Of a DNA stretch of 64,000 nt, positions 47,325-56,600 are shown piece by piece. The notes beneath the pieces are model-generated. The model was not told where the DNA came from and ran no database searches. It worked only from the letters and a program-made list of their open reading frames with translations. Position 1 is the first letter of the stretch. Each line of letters begins with the position of its first letter. The stretch comes from an uncultured Caldisericales bacterium. GTDB lineage: Bacteria; Caldisericota; Caldisericia; JAAYUI01. The translations under genes and the position numbers were made by a program. Where the stretch lies: positions 2,002-66,001 of the forward strand of contig CAYYJO010000002.1 in NCBI GenBank assembly GCA_964472265.1, written 5' to 3'.

Positions 47325-49699
47325 TTCACCCTTTCAGCAGTCAACCGACCGTCCTTGGCGTCTATCCTCACCGTATCACCCTTGTTCAGTTTTCCTGACA
47401 GGATGAGATCGGCAAGCCTGTTTTCGACCTCCGTCACGATAACACGCTTGAGAGGCCTTGCACCAAATTCAACTGAATACCCCATTTGCCCGAGCAAATC
47501 AAGTGTGGATTCGGTAATTTCCAAGGTTATGCTTCTGTCTTTCAGGCGGTTTGCGACACGCTTTATCTGGATTCCAACAATCTGTCTTATCTGCTGCTGT
47601 GTGAGGGGTTTGAAGATGATGATTGAATCGAGTCTGTTTACAAATTCAGGCCTGAATGCAGACTTCACGGCACTCATGTAGATTTCATTCATCTTTTCAT
47701 CGTCCATGCCTGGCTCAACCATGCCGGCGCCAAGGTTTGAGGTCATGATGATGATCGTGTTTTTGAAATCAACTGTTCTGCCCTGACCGTCAGTGACCCT
47801 GCCATCGTCAAGCATTTGCAGGAAAACATTGAATACGTCAGGATGTGCCTTCTCAACTTCGTCAAAGAGCAAAACCTGGTATGGCCTGCGTCTTACCGCT
47901 TCGGTCAGCTGTCCGCCTTCTTCAAAGCCAACATAGCCTGGTGGTGCGCCAATGAGTCTTGCAACCGTGTGCTTTTCCATGTACTCGGACATGTCAAACC
48001 TTGCAATGGCCGATTCATCATCAAACAGCAAGTCGGCAAGCGATTTGGCAAGCTCGGTTTTCCCTACACCGGTTGGTCCAAGGAACAGGAATGAACCAAT
48101 TGGTTTGTTGGGGTCTGAAAGTCCGGCACGCGATCTTCGGATGGCTTGAGAAACAGCTGTAACTGCCTCATCTTGGCCGATGACCCTTTCGTGAAGTCTT
48201 GCCTCAAGCTCCAGAAGTTTCTTCTGTTCTGATTCAGTCAGCGATGAAACCGGAATGCCTGTCCATCTTGAAACGGTTTTTGCAATGCTTTCAGCGTCGA
48301 CCACCTCGGAAATCTTCACTTTCCTGAGCCAGTCTTCCCTCGCCTGGTCGAACTGCGCTTTGGCTTTGTCAAATTCCTGTGCGTATTGCATCGCTTTCAG
48401 GTTATCGCCAAGCTTTGATGCTGCTTCACCCTCGCGTTTCAATCTCTCGGTTTCGTTTTTAAAACTTGCAACCTCGGGTGGCATCGACTCCATCGCAACC
48501 CTGATTCTGGCCGCCGTTTCATCAACAAGATCAATGGCTTTGTCTGGAAGAAAACGGTTTGTTATGTATCGCGAGGACAGTTCTGCAGCAGCCTTCAAGG
48601 CTTCGTCGGTGATTTTCACGTCGTGGTGTGCTTCGTATCTATCCCTCAAACCTCTGAGAATTTCGATTGTATCGGCAACCGACGGTTCAGGAACGTTGAC
48701 CGGAGCAAATCTCCGTTCGAGTGCCGGGTCTTTTTCGATGTGTTTGGTATATTCATCAGTTGTTGTGGCTCCGATGCAGTGCAATTCGCCTCTTGCAAGC
48801 GCAGGCTTGAGCAGGTTCGAAGCGTCCATTGCACCTTCAGCTGCGCCAGCACCTATAACCGTATGGAGTTCATCGATGAAAAGAATGATTTTCCCTTCAG
48901 CTTTTCGGATTTCATCCATCACCGATTTCAGCCGTTCCTCAAACTCGCCTCTAAACTTGGTTCCTGCGATCAAAGCTCCCATGTCAAGTGAAAGTATTGT
49001 TTTCCCACGCATCGAATCAGGTACGTTCCCATCAACAATCTTTTGGGCTATCCCTTCAACGATTGCGGTTTTACCGACTCCAGCCTCGCCGATCAGAACC
49101 GGATTGTTCTTTGTTCTTCGGGATAGAACCTCAAGGCTTCTCTCGATTTCAAGCTTTCTTCCTATGACTGGATCGAGTTTGCCCTTCTTGGCAAGTTCTG
49201 TAAGGTCTCTTGTGTATTTTGCAAGTGCGCTTTGATTGGATTTTGCACCATCTGTTGTGTTCCCTCTGATTGCGGCAAGCGCCTGAAGAATCTTCTCCTT
49301 GTCCAAACCGCTTGAGAGCAGAATTCTTCCAACTTCCCTCGTGTCCGATGTCAAAGCAATGAGCAGGTGTTCGGGGGCTACAAAATTGTCTCCCAGTGAG
49401 TCTGCTTCAGCTTCTGCCCGTTCCAGCACGGATTTTGCCCTCGGTGAGATGTATATCTGTCCTGAGTGCTGGGATTGTTTTGCAGTCTTGGCCAACACTT
49501 TCTGGACTTCATCAAGCACCGGCTTCCAGGCTATTCCCAAGTTGCCAAATATTTCCCTGGCCACACCATCCTTTTCAAGAAGTGACACCAGAAGATGTTC
49601 GCAATCCAGCTCAAAATCACCGTACCTGCCCATTACCTGCTGGGCATCACTGAGCACATCCCTCAGAGAATCCGTGTATTTATCGAAATTCATCGCCAC
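47321..49699 (-). CDS. clpB: Clp/Hsp100 AAA+ chaperone (ClpB-like; two AAA+ modules, N-domain, no ClpP-docking loop seen)
   Basis: Two Walker A sites ('GEAGVGKT', 'GPTGVGKT') and a short coiled-coil middle region. No (I/V)GF loop between sensor-1 and the 'RPEF' motif of the second AAA+ module, which fits ClpB over ClpC/ClpA. Confidence 0.75.
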   Translation of the reverse strand: MAMNFDKYTDSLRDVLSDAQQVMGRYGDFELDCEHLLVSLLEKDGVAREIFGNLGIAWKPVLDEVQKVLAKTAKQSQHSGQIYISPRAKSVLERAEAEADSLGDNFVAPEHLLIALTSDTREVGRILLSSGLDKEKILQALAAIRGNTTDGAKSNQSALAKYTRDLTELAKKGKLDPVIGRKLEIERSLEVLSRRTKNNPVLIGEAGVGKTAIVEGIAQKIVDGNVPDSMRGKTILSLDMGALIAGTKFRGEFEERLKSVMDEIRKAEGKIILFIDELHTVIGAGAAEGAMDASNLLKPALARGELHCIGATTTDEYTKHIEKDPALERRFAPVNVPEPSVADTIEILRGLRDRYEAHHDVKITDEALKAAAELSSRYITNRFLPDKAIDLVDETAARIRVAMESMPPEVASFKNETERLKREGEAASKLGDNLKAMQYAQEFDKAKAQFDQAREDWLRKVKISEVVDAESIAKTVSRWTGIPVSSLTESEQKKLLELEARLHERVIGQDEAVTAVSQAIRRSRAGLSDPNKPIGSFLFLGPTGVGKTELAKSLADLLFDDESAIARFDMSEYMEKHTVARLIGAPPGYVGFEEGGQLTEAVRRRPYQVLLFDEVEKAHPDVFNVFLQMLDDGRVTDGQGRTVDFKNTIIIMTSNLGAGMVEPGMDDEKMNEIYMSAVKSAFRPEFVNRLDSIIIFKPLTQQQIRQIVGIQIKRVANRLKDRSITLEITESTLDLLGQMGYSVEFGARPLKRVIVTEVENRLADLILSGKLNKGDTVRIDAKDGRLTAERVK

Positions 49700-49887
49700 A
49701 CCTCTCGGATGACAGTAACTTTTGTTTGAACAATTCTTATCTTGATTGATTTACGTTTTAAAAGAAGGAGGTGATACCAGCATTCGACACAGTTCGATAC
49801 ATGATCTTCAATCAAAACCGAGAGATCATGAGGTATCCCACCATCAAGGTAATCAGGCAGCAAAGCAAGGACATCATTACACTTCAT
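49690..49887 (-). CDS. Small zf-HC2 (anti-sigma-factor-like zinc finger) protein
   Basis: 65 aa with 'CNDVLALLPDYLDGGIPHDLSVLIEDHVSNCVEC', matching the C-x(n)-H-x3-C-x2-C zf-HC2 pattern. Overlaps the clpB start by 10 nt. Confidence 0.4.
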   Translation of the reverse strand: MKCNDVLALLPDYLDGGIPHDLSVLIEDHVSNCVECWYHLLLLKRKSIKIRIVQTKVTVIREVWR

Positions 49888-50335
49888 ACAGTTTTGACTC
49901 CTCGTATGTTAGTTTGTTGGCTTTAGCTCTTGATCTTCTGATCGGTTTTGGACGCTGGATGTGAGATGGATTTGTTTTCCTGGCAACCAGGTTTACTGGT
50001 CTTGGCCTTATGAAAACCTGAACGAGCAGACCGAGAGCAAGTGCAAAGAAAAACGCCCTGAGGATGTCGAAATACACAAACACACCCCAGACGGCACCTT
50101 TCTTGATGAATGCATCGACAAGACCCCAGGCAACGCCAACGAATATGCCAGCAAATCCGAGAAGCCCTGCAAACCTTTGACCACAGGCACCAAGCAATCC
50201 AGGAATGAAACCTACAACAGCAAAACCACCAACAATCCATCCATCGACCACTGTTTTCAAAAACAGTGTCATGATGTAGGCCACTCCGGCACAAAAACCT
50301 GCGCAGACCAGCCCGAGAGCCAGCCAGGCAAGCAT
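49877..50335 (-). CDS. Hypothetical small polytopic membrane protein
   Basis: Four or five predicted TM helices and a basic C-terminal tail. Start chosen at the Met that avoids overlap with thrS. Confidence 0.4.
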   Translation of the reverse strand: MLAWLALGLVCAGFCAGVAYIMTLFLKTVVDGWIVGGFAVVGFIPGLLGACGQRFAGLLGFAGIFVGVAWGLVDAFIKKGAVWGVFVYFDILRAFFFALALGLLVQVFIRPRPVNLVARKTNPSHIQRPKPIRRSRAKANKLTYEESKLYEV

Positions 50336-50339
50336 GAGC

Positions 50340-52250
50340 CTATTCAATGGTTTTTTCTTCAATCTCTTTGCAGATCCTTTCAAGGAGTTCCGCCTTCTTC
50401 ATCACGCCAAGGTCACCCTTGCCATGTCTTCTGACTGAGACTGTTCCGGCTTCAGCTTCTTTGGCTCCAACCACGACAGCGTAAGGAATTTTCTTGAGTT
50501 CTGAATTCCTGATCTTTGCGTTCATGCGCTCCGAGCCAGTATCGACTTCAACTCTGACGCCCTTTTCTTCAAACTCTTTTTTTATTTGGTGACAATAGTC
50601 TAGCACACCGTCAACAATTGGAATGACCGACACCTGCTGCGGAGCCAGCCAGACCGGGAATGCACCGCCGTAATGCTCGATGAGGCAACCCATGAAGCGC
50701 TCAAGCGAACCGAGAAGCGCCCTGTGGACAACGTACGGTTCGTGCTCCTTGCCGTCTTCGCCGGTATATTTGAGGCCAAACCTAGCCGGCATGTTGAAAT
50801 CAAACTGGCAGGTTGTGCACTGCCACGGCCTGTCGAAAGCGTCGACTATCTTGATGTCTATTTTCGGGCCATAGAAAGCTCCACCGCCTTCATCGATCTT
50901 GTATGCAAGACCCATCTGCTTGAGGGCAACCGCAAGCGTTTCTTCGGCGACATTCCATCTTTCAACGTCACCGACGAACTTTTCCGGGTTTCTGGTGGAG
51001 AGATAAACATCATATTTTTTGAAGCCGAAGGTTTTGAGCAAATGTATTGCGAATTCGACAACGTTTGTGACCTCTGACTGGAGCTGTTCAGGTGTGCAGT
51101 AGATGTGTGCATCATCCTGTGTAAAACCCCTGACGCGGAGAAGACCATGGAGTACACCGGATTTTTCGAATCTGTAAACCGTACCAAGCTCGGCCGTTCT
51201 GTATGGAAGATCGCGGTATGACCTTATTTTTTGCTGATAGTTCATCATGTGGAACGGACAGTTCATCGGTCTGACGTAATAATCAACGTTTTCGAGCTCC
51301 ATCTTTGGGTACATGCCATCCTTGTAGAAACCAAGGTGACCTGATGTCTGCCAGAGTTGTGCCTTTCCGATATGCGGGGTGTAGATAATTTTGTAGCCAC
51401 GTTTTCTGTGTTCTGCACGCCAGAAGTCCTCGATTATTTCTCGAACCTGCGCGCCGTTTGGCATCCAGATGGCCAGTCCACCGCCAACAGTCTCTTCGAT
51501 TGTGAACAGTTCAAGCTCCTTGCCAAGCAGTCTGTGGTCGCGCTTTGCCAGCTCCTCGAGCTTTTTGAGGTGAGCCTCAAGTGATTCCCTTGAGTTGAAG
51601 GCTGTGCCATAAATCCTTGTGAGCATCTGCCTTTTTTCATCACCACGCCAGTACGCACCGGCAATGCTCATGAGTTTGAAATTGCCAAGATATTTTGACG
51701 ATGGAACATGAGGCCCCCTGCAAAGATCGATGAAATCGCCAAGTTCATAGAAAGAAACGGTGTCATCCTTAATCTCCTCAAGGATCTCAACCTTGAACAA
51801 GTCACCTCTTTCCCTGAAATAGTTGATGGCTTCTATCCTGTTCCAGTCTTTGCGGACAAACTTCAAGTCATCTTTCACAATTTTTTTCATCTCCGCTTCA
51901 ATCTTTGCAAGGTCTTCCTCAAGAAGCTGGCATGGAAGCATGAGGTCGTAGTAAAAACCATCCTTGATTGACGGGCCAATGGCAAACTTTGTACCCGGAT
52001 ACAGATGAAGGATCGCACAGGCCATCAAATGTGAGGTCGAGTGGAGGAGAATGTCCTGTCCTTCAGGAGTGTCCGATGTTATGGGTGTAAATGTAGTGTC
52101 GGTTGTCAGCTTTGTTGACATATCAATCTGTCTGTCACCCACTTTCACGGCAACGACATCCTTTGTGGACATCTCAAGGGCTTTCAGCGCCTGAAAGACA
52201 TTTGATCCTGATTCCAACTCGACTGATTTTTCACCGACAGTAACTTTCAT
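50340..52250 (-). CDS. thrS: Threonine--tRNA ligase
   Basis: 636 aa with a TGS N-domain, editing domain, class II core motifs and an anticodon-binding domain. Confidence 0.9.
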   Translation of the reverse strand: MKVTVGEKSVELESGSNVFQALKALEMSTKDVVAVKVGDRQIDMSTKLTTDTTFTPITSDTPEGQDILLHSTSHLMACAILHLYPGTKFAIGPSIKDGFYYDLMLPCQLLEEDLAKIEAEMKKIVKDDLKFVRKDWNRIEAINYFRERGDLFKVEILEEIKDDTVSFYELGDFIDLCRGPHVPSSKYLGNFKLMSIAGAYWRGDEKRQMLTRIYGTAFNSRESLEAHLKKLEELAKRDHRLLGKELELFTIEETVGGGLAIWMPNGAQVREIIEDFWRAEHRKRGYKIIYTPHIGKAQLWQTSGHLGFYKDGMYPKMELENVDYYVRPMNCPFHMMNYQQKIRSYRDLPYRTAELGTVYRFEKSGVLHGLLRVRGFTQDDAHIYCTPEQLQSEVTNVVEFAIHLLKTFGFKKYDVYLSTRNPEKFVGDVERWNVAEETLAVALKQMGLAYKIDEGGGAFYGPKIDIKIVDAFDRPWQCTTCQFDFNMPARFGLKYTGEDGKEHEPYVVHRALLGSLERFMGCLIEHYGGAFPVWLAPQQVSVIPIVDGVLDYCHQIKKEFEEKGVRVEVDTGSERMNAKIRNSELKKIPYAVVVGAKEAEAGTVSVRRHGKGDLGVMKKAELLERICKEIEEKTIE

Positions 52251-52259
52251 TGTTCCTCC

Positions 52260-52913
52260 TTACAAAATTTTTGAGCCGTTTATGTTTAGCTCGAACTCAC
52301 AGCCAAGGAAAATGGCTGAAGACCTCATTGCAATCATTCTTCCTGCAAAGATTTCAAGATAGTCTGCAACACAGGCAATCTTTTCATCCAGAACAAGCCT
52401 GAGGCTGATCTTCCTGTATTCGATGGCGACGATACTCTCCGTCACGGCAAAGTTTACACGATCATGGATATCTTTTTCAACATCCGCAGATTTCCTTATC
52501 CTCGACCTTCTCACGTCAGCCTTGTCGGCCATGATGACAACGGCAGTAGTTACATTGGTTATCACCGGTTGTTCCTCGTCATGGTTTGCAATGGCTGAAA
52601 GGATTTTGGCCAGCTCTGCAGGTTCGACGCCATATCTCATCAGGATTGGCACAACAATTGCCGCACCGACCTGACCATGCATCTGTCTACCTGTGAGGTT
52701 GCCGATGTCATGGAGATAGGCTGCAATTGTTGCAATGTTGGTTTCCTTCTTGGCCAGACCCAGTCCGTTGCATATTTTGAGGGCATAGTCGGCAACCGTT
52801 GCAGCATGGGTCAAACCATGTTCGGTTATTCCAAGTTTCTCGGTCGTGTAGTCAGATTCCTTGAGCAGTTCGATAATAAAAGGGTCATTGGTCACATTGG
52901 ACAGCGTCATCAT
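52260..52913 (-). CDS. HD (HDIG) domain metal-dependent phosphohydrolase
   Basis: 'THAATVADYAL' His and 'YLHDIGNL' HD motif. Start at the Met (52913) that limits overlap with tgt. Confidence 0.65.
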   Translation of the reverse strand: MMTLSNVTNDPFIIELLKESDYTTEKLGITEHGLTHAATVADYALKICNGLGLAKKETNIATIAAYLHDIGNLTGRQMHGQVGAAIVVPILMRYGVEPAELAKILSAIANHDEEQPVITNVTTAVVIMADKADVRRSRIRKSADVEKDIHDRVNFAVTESIVAIEYRKISLRLVLDEKIACVADYLEIFAGRMIAMRSSAIFLGCEFELNINGSKIL

Positions 52914-54015
52914 TTTGGCTAATCCTCCATTCAAGCCACTTCTCCTTGTAGGAGCCAAACGTTCCGTCAAAAATTGCCTGCCTTGCGCCGTCAACCACTG
53001 TTTTAAGAAAGTGGATGTTGTGGATGGTTGCAAGCGTTGCGGCAAGCATCTCGTGAGATTTGAAAAGATGCCTCAGGTATGCCTTTGAATAATTTCTGCA
53101 CGTGTAGCATGAACATTTTTCATCGATTGGAGAAAAGTCAGAAGCCCATTTTGAGCGGGTGATGTTTATTGCGCCATCGTCGGTCATCACAGCGCCGTTT
53201 CTTCCAAGTCTTGTGGGCAGGACGCAGTCAAACATATCGATTCCTTCGGCAATTCCCTGAATGATACCGGCCGGGTCGCCAACACCCATGAGGTAACGGG
53301 GCTTGTTTTGTGGCAGCCTTGGTACCACAACTTCAAGGATTTCGCCTGCAACGTCCAGCGGTTCGCCCACAGAGAGCGATCCAACGGCAAATCCATCAAA
53401 ATCCATTGCCGTCAGAACGTCGGCTGACCAGGCACGATCGGCCAGATCAAAACCTCCCTGCACAATGGCAAACATCAGCTGATCCGGTCTCGTTCTGGCC
53501 TCAAGCGAACGCTTAGCCCACCTGTGCGTGATTTCGGTGAAGTGTTTGGCACGCTTCTGATCCATCGGATATTTGGTGCAGATGTCGAGAACCATGATGA
53601 TGTCGGCACCAAGCTGCTCCTGAATTGAAACGGCAAGCTCCGGGCTTAGAAAATGTTTGGAACCGTCGAGGTAAGATTTGAATTCGACACCCTCTTCTGT
53701 TATCTCACGCAAGGAAGACTGGCTCATAACCTGGAATCCACCTGAATCGGTCAGGATTGAGTGCGGCCAGTTCATGAATTTGTGAAGTCCACCGGCATTC
53801 TGGACAATTTCCGCTCCAGGCTGAAGCATTAGGTGGTATGTGTTGCCAAGGATCAGCCTGAAACCAATATCAGAGACCTGTTCAGGCGTGAGGGATTTGA
53901 CGGTTGCCTGGGTTCCAACCGGCATGAAAACAGGTGTTTCTATTGTACCGTGAGCGGTTTTCAGAAGTCCGGCACGGGCTTTGCCTGATTTTGCCTGAAG
54001 TTCATAACAGCTCAT
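52885..54015 (-). CDS. tgt: Queuine tRNA-ribosyltransferase (bacterial TGT)
   Basis: 376 aa with catalytic Asp motifs and a zinc site 'CSCYTCRNYSKAYLRHL'. Confidence 0.9.
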   Translation of the reverse strand: MSCYELQAKSGKARAGLLKTAHGTIETPVFMPVGTQATVKSLTPEQVSDIGFRLILGNTYHLMLQPGAEIVQNAGGLHKFMNWPHSILTDSGGFQVMSQSSLREITEEGVEFKSYLDGSKHFLSPELAVSIQEQLGADIIMVLDICTKYPMDQKRAKHFTEITHRWAKRSLEARTRPDQLMFAIVQGGFDLADRAWSADVLTAMDFDGFAVGSLSVGEPLDVAGEILEVVVPRLPQNKPRYLMGVGDPAGIIQGIAEGIDMFDCVLPTRLGRNGAVMTDDGAINITRSKWASDFSPIDEKCSCYTCRNYSKAYLRHLFKSHEMLAATLATIHNIHFLKTVVDGARQAIFDGTFGSYKEKWLEWRISQNDDAVQCDQ

Positions 54016-55256
54016 CTACCGGCAAGCCTCTCATCAATGTTTTTATAAACCTGTTCGAGTGGAATGCCAATTCTTGCAACATTTGAATCAAAAGCTGCTT
54101 TTGCTACAGCTTTTGCCACGGCCGTTGCAACTCCTGCCCTGAACGGCTCGACGATAATATTTCCAGGATTCAGTTCGTTTTCAGGAAGGAGGTCAGCGAT
54201 TGCCTTTGCTGCTGCAGTCTTCATTTCTTCATTGATGTGCCTTGCCCTTGAGTCCAGTGCGCCCCTCATGATGCCGGGGAATGCGAGAAGGTTGTTGATC
54301 TGGTTTGGCAAATCCGATCGACCTGTGCCAACGATTGCAGCTCCACCAGCAATTGCCTCTGCCGGCTCGATATCGGGGTCAGGATTTGAGAGCGGGAAAC
54401 AGATCGGGTTCTTGTTCATCTTCGCAATATCGTCCCTGTTTATCAGACCCGGACACGCCGCACCGATGAAAACATCGGCTCCAACAAGGGCTTCTCCGAG
54501 AGTTCCCTTGAAGTTGTCCTTGTTTGTAATCTTCACAAGTTCGTCCATGTAAGCCATCCAGTGGGTTCCGCGTCCAGCGTAGACAGCGCCACCCCTGTCA
54601 CACATCACAATATTTCCGGCGCCTGCAGCAACAAGCAGTTTCGCAATTGCCGATCCTGCAGCCCCGGCTCCTGAAATGACGATCTTGAGATTGCCAATTT
54701 TTCTGTTTTGCAGCTTGAGTGCGTTTTCAAGCGCAGCCAAAACAACAACGGCTGTTCCGTGCTGGTCGTCATGAAAAACCGGAATGTCAAGTTCTTTCTT
54801 CAGGGCAGCCTCGATTTCAAAGCAGTTGGGAATCTGGATGTCTTCGAGGTTTATTCCGCCAAAGATTGGTTCACAGGCTTTCATCGTTTTTATGAATTCC
54901 TCGTTTGAGCGAGAATTAAGGCACAGAGGAAATGCGTCGACATCACCATATTCCTTGAAGAGTGCGCATTTGCCTTCCATAACCGGAATTGATGCCTCGG
55001 CTCCAATGTTTCCAAGTCCGAGCACCCTGCTTCCGTCTGTTGCGACAGCTATCGTGTTGCCCTTGATGGTGTAATCGTAAACTGATTTTGTGTCCTTCGA
55101 TATCTCTCTGCAAGGCTGAGCGACACCGGGAGTGTACCATACCGAGAGGGCGTGTCTTGACCTCAAGTCCGCTTTCACCCTTGTCTCGATTTTACCGTGG
55201 TGCTTCCTGTGAAGCTCCAGCGCCTCGATGTCATATTTTCCGAGCTGTCTTTCCAT
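54012..55256 (-). CDS. NAD(P)-dependent malic enzyme (short bacterial form)
   Basis: 'VWYTPGVAQPC' and Rossmann 'GAGAAGSAIAKLL'. Met at 55256 ('MERQLGKYDIEAL') preferred over the longer ORF start at 55424. Confidence 0.8.
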   Translation of the reverse strand: MERQLGKYDIEALELHRKHHGKIETRVKADLRSRHALSVWYTPGVAQPCREISKDTKSVYDYTIKGNTIAVATDGSRVLGLGNIGAEASIPVMEGKCALFKEYGDVDAFPLCLNSRSNEEFIKTMKACEPIFGGINLEDIQIPNCFEIEAALKKELDIPVFHDDQHGTAVVVLAALENALKLQNRKIGNLKIVISGAGAAGSAIAKLLVAAGAGNIVMCDRGGAVYAGRGTHWMAYMDELVKITNKDNFKGTLGEALVGADVFIGAACPGLINRDDIAKMNKNPICFPLSNPDPDIEPAEAIAGGAAIVGTGRSDLPNQINNLLAFPGIMRGALDSRARHINEEMKTAAAKAIADLLPENELNPGNIIVEPFRAGVATAVAKAVAKAAFDSNVARIGIPLEQVYKNIDERLAGR

Positions 55257-55436
55257 TGTTGGCCTCTCTGTTCGAACCATTCTACCGTTATTGGCAACCC
55301 TTGCAAACAAACAATTGGAAAAGCTGCACAGCCAATTTTCTCTTAACTTGACAACAAACACAACGCTTGCTAATCTTGAAAGCAAGTGATGGTCGAGGCC
55401 ATCCGCCTGTCGGTGGAAATCCACAGGTCAAATCTG

Positions 55437-56027
55437 ATGCGGTACGCATTAACCTTGGAGGTTAATATCGAAAAGAGATTGAGAATCAATAAGGAGATTC
55501 GCGCACGCGAGGTCAGGCTTATTGATGACGAAGGCCAGCAGGTCGGAGTCGTGGACATCAGGAAAGCCCTGGAAATGGCGGTTCTCGCCGGCACAGACCT
55601 TGTTGAAATCTCCCCGACCAGCAACCCACCGGTTTGCAAGCTTTTGGATTACGGCAAATACCGGTACGAACTTGAAAAGAAGGCTAAAGAAAATAAACGC
55701 AAGCAGGCTCAGACCGAACTGAAGGAAATGCAGTTCAGGCTGAGGGTTGACATCGGCGATTACCAGACAAAGCTTGGCCATGTCAAACGTTTCCTGTTGG
55801 CAGGCGACAAGGCGAAGGTCGTCATCCGCTTCCGCGGAAGAGAGATGCAGCACAAGGATCAGGGATTTGAACTGCTCCAGAAGATTGCATCAGACGTTTC
55901 AAACCTTGGAACCATAGAACAGCAGCCAAAACTTGAGGGCAGGAACATGGTCATGATTCTTAGCCCGACAAAGCAAAAGGAGATCAGCAATGCCAAAACT
56001 AAAGACGAAAACAAGGAGCTCAGTTAA
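55437..56027 (+). CDS. infC: Translation initiation factor IF-3
   Basis: 'INKEIRAREVRLIDDEGQQVGVV' N-domain and a C-domain. The true start may be a non-AUG codon: an in-frame ATC at 55467 is preceded by GGAGG. The 3' end overlaps rpmI by 38 nt. Confidence 0.7.
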   Translation: MRYALTLEVNIEKRLRINKEIRAREVRLIDDEGQQVGVVDIRKALEMAVLAGTDLVEISPTSNPPVCKLLDYGKYRYELEKKAKENKRKQAQTELKEMQFRLRVDIGDYQTKLGHVKRFLLAGDKAKVVIRFRGREMQHKDQGFELLQKIASDVSNLGTIEQQPKLEGRNMVMILSPTKQKEISNAKTKDENKELS

Positions 56028-56247
56028 AAAACGCTTCAGGATCACCGGTTCCGGCAAGATCCGCTGTCAGGGTGCAGGCGCATCCCACATCAGAGGCAGA
56101 AAGACCAAGAAGTACCTGAAGGAAAAGATGAGACTCCAGGAAGTTGACAAAACCAACGTCTCAATGCTCCGTTGCCTTCTTCCAAACGGCATCAAGGGCA
56201 GGAAGATCAGGGTTGGCAAGCAGGAGATGAAGGAGGAGCAGGCATGA
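55990..56247 (+). CDS. rpmI: 50S ribosomal protein L35 (with ~20-aa C-terminal extension)
   Basis: 'MPKLKTKTRSSVKKRFRITGSGKI' start, conserved infC-rpmI-rplT order. Confidence 0.75.
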   Translation: MPKLKTKTRSSVKKRFRITGSGKIRCQGAGASHIRGRKTKKYLKEKMRLQEVDKTNVSMLRCLLPNGIKGRKIRVGKQEMKEEQA

Positions 56248-56594
56248 GGATTAAAACCGGTGTCATCTCAATCAAGAAAAGAAGGAAAATATTAAAGAGA
56301 GCCTCGGGCTTCTTCGGTGCAGCCCACAGGAGATACAAGGTGGCCAAAGAACAGGTAATGCACGCCATGCGTTACGAGTTCGTGCACAGAAGGCAGAGAA
56401 GAAGAGACTTCAGAAGACTCTGGATCTCAAGAATCAATGCAGCGGCAAGACTCAACGGCATCACCTACAGCAGGCTCATTGACGGTCTCACAAAGGCCGG
56501 CGCAGATGTTGACAGGAAGATCCTCGCAAAGATCGCAATCGAAGACAACGCAGCATTTGCAAAATATGTAGAACTGGCAAAGGCAAATCTCTAA
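56244..56594 (+). CDS. rplT: 50S ribosomal protein L20
   Basis: 'MRIKTGVISIKKRRKILKRASGFFGA' start. Start at Met 56244 overlaps the rpmI stop (ATGA). Confidence 0.85.
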   Translation: MRIKTGVISIKKRRKILKRASGFFGAAHRRYKVAKEQVMHAMRYEFVHRRQRRRDFRRLWISRINAAARLNGITYSRLIDGLTKAGADVDRKILAKIAIEDNAAFAKYVELAKANL

Positions 56595-56600
56595 TATCCA

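Noticed and set aside
48255-49235. 326-aa ORF on the plus strand, antisense to clpB. Similar long antisense ORFs occur at 54064-54552 (opposite the malic enzyme), 35613-36152 (opposite glnA), 39665-40057 (opposite glyS) and 47193-47681.
   Set aside because: They are Ser/Ala/Leu-rich low-complexity translations lying entirely inside well-supported genes on the other strand, with no RBS or motifs. Such antisense frames open by chance in conserved coding sequence.
52251-52259. Looked for T-box leaders upstream of thrS, glyQ and metG.
   Set aside because: The thrS and glyQ upstream gaps are 9 nt or less, both being coupled to the preceding gene. The metG leader is only ~84 nt with no specifier or T-box sequence (no AGGGUGGNACCGCG-like motif).
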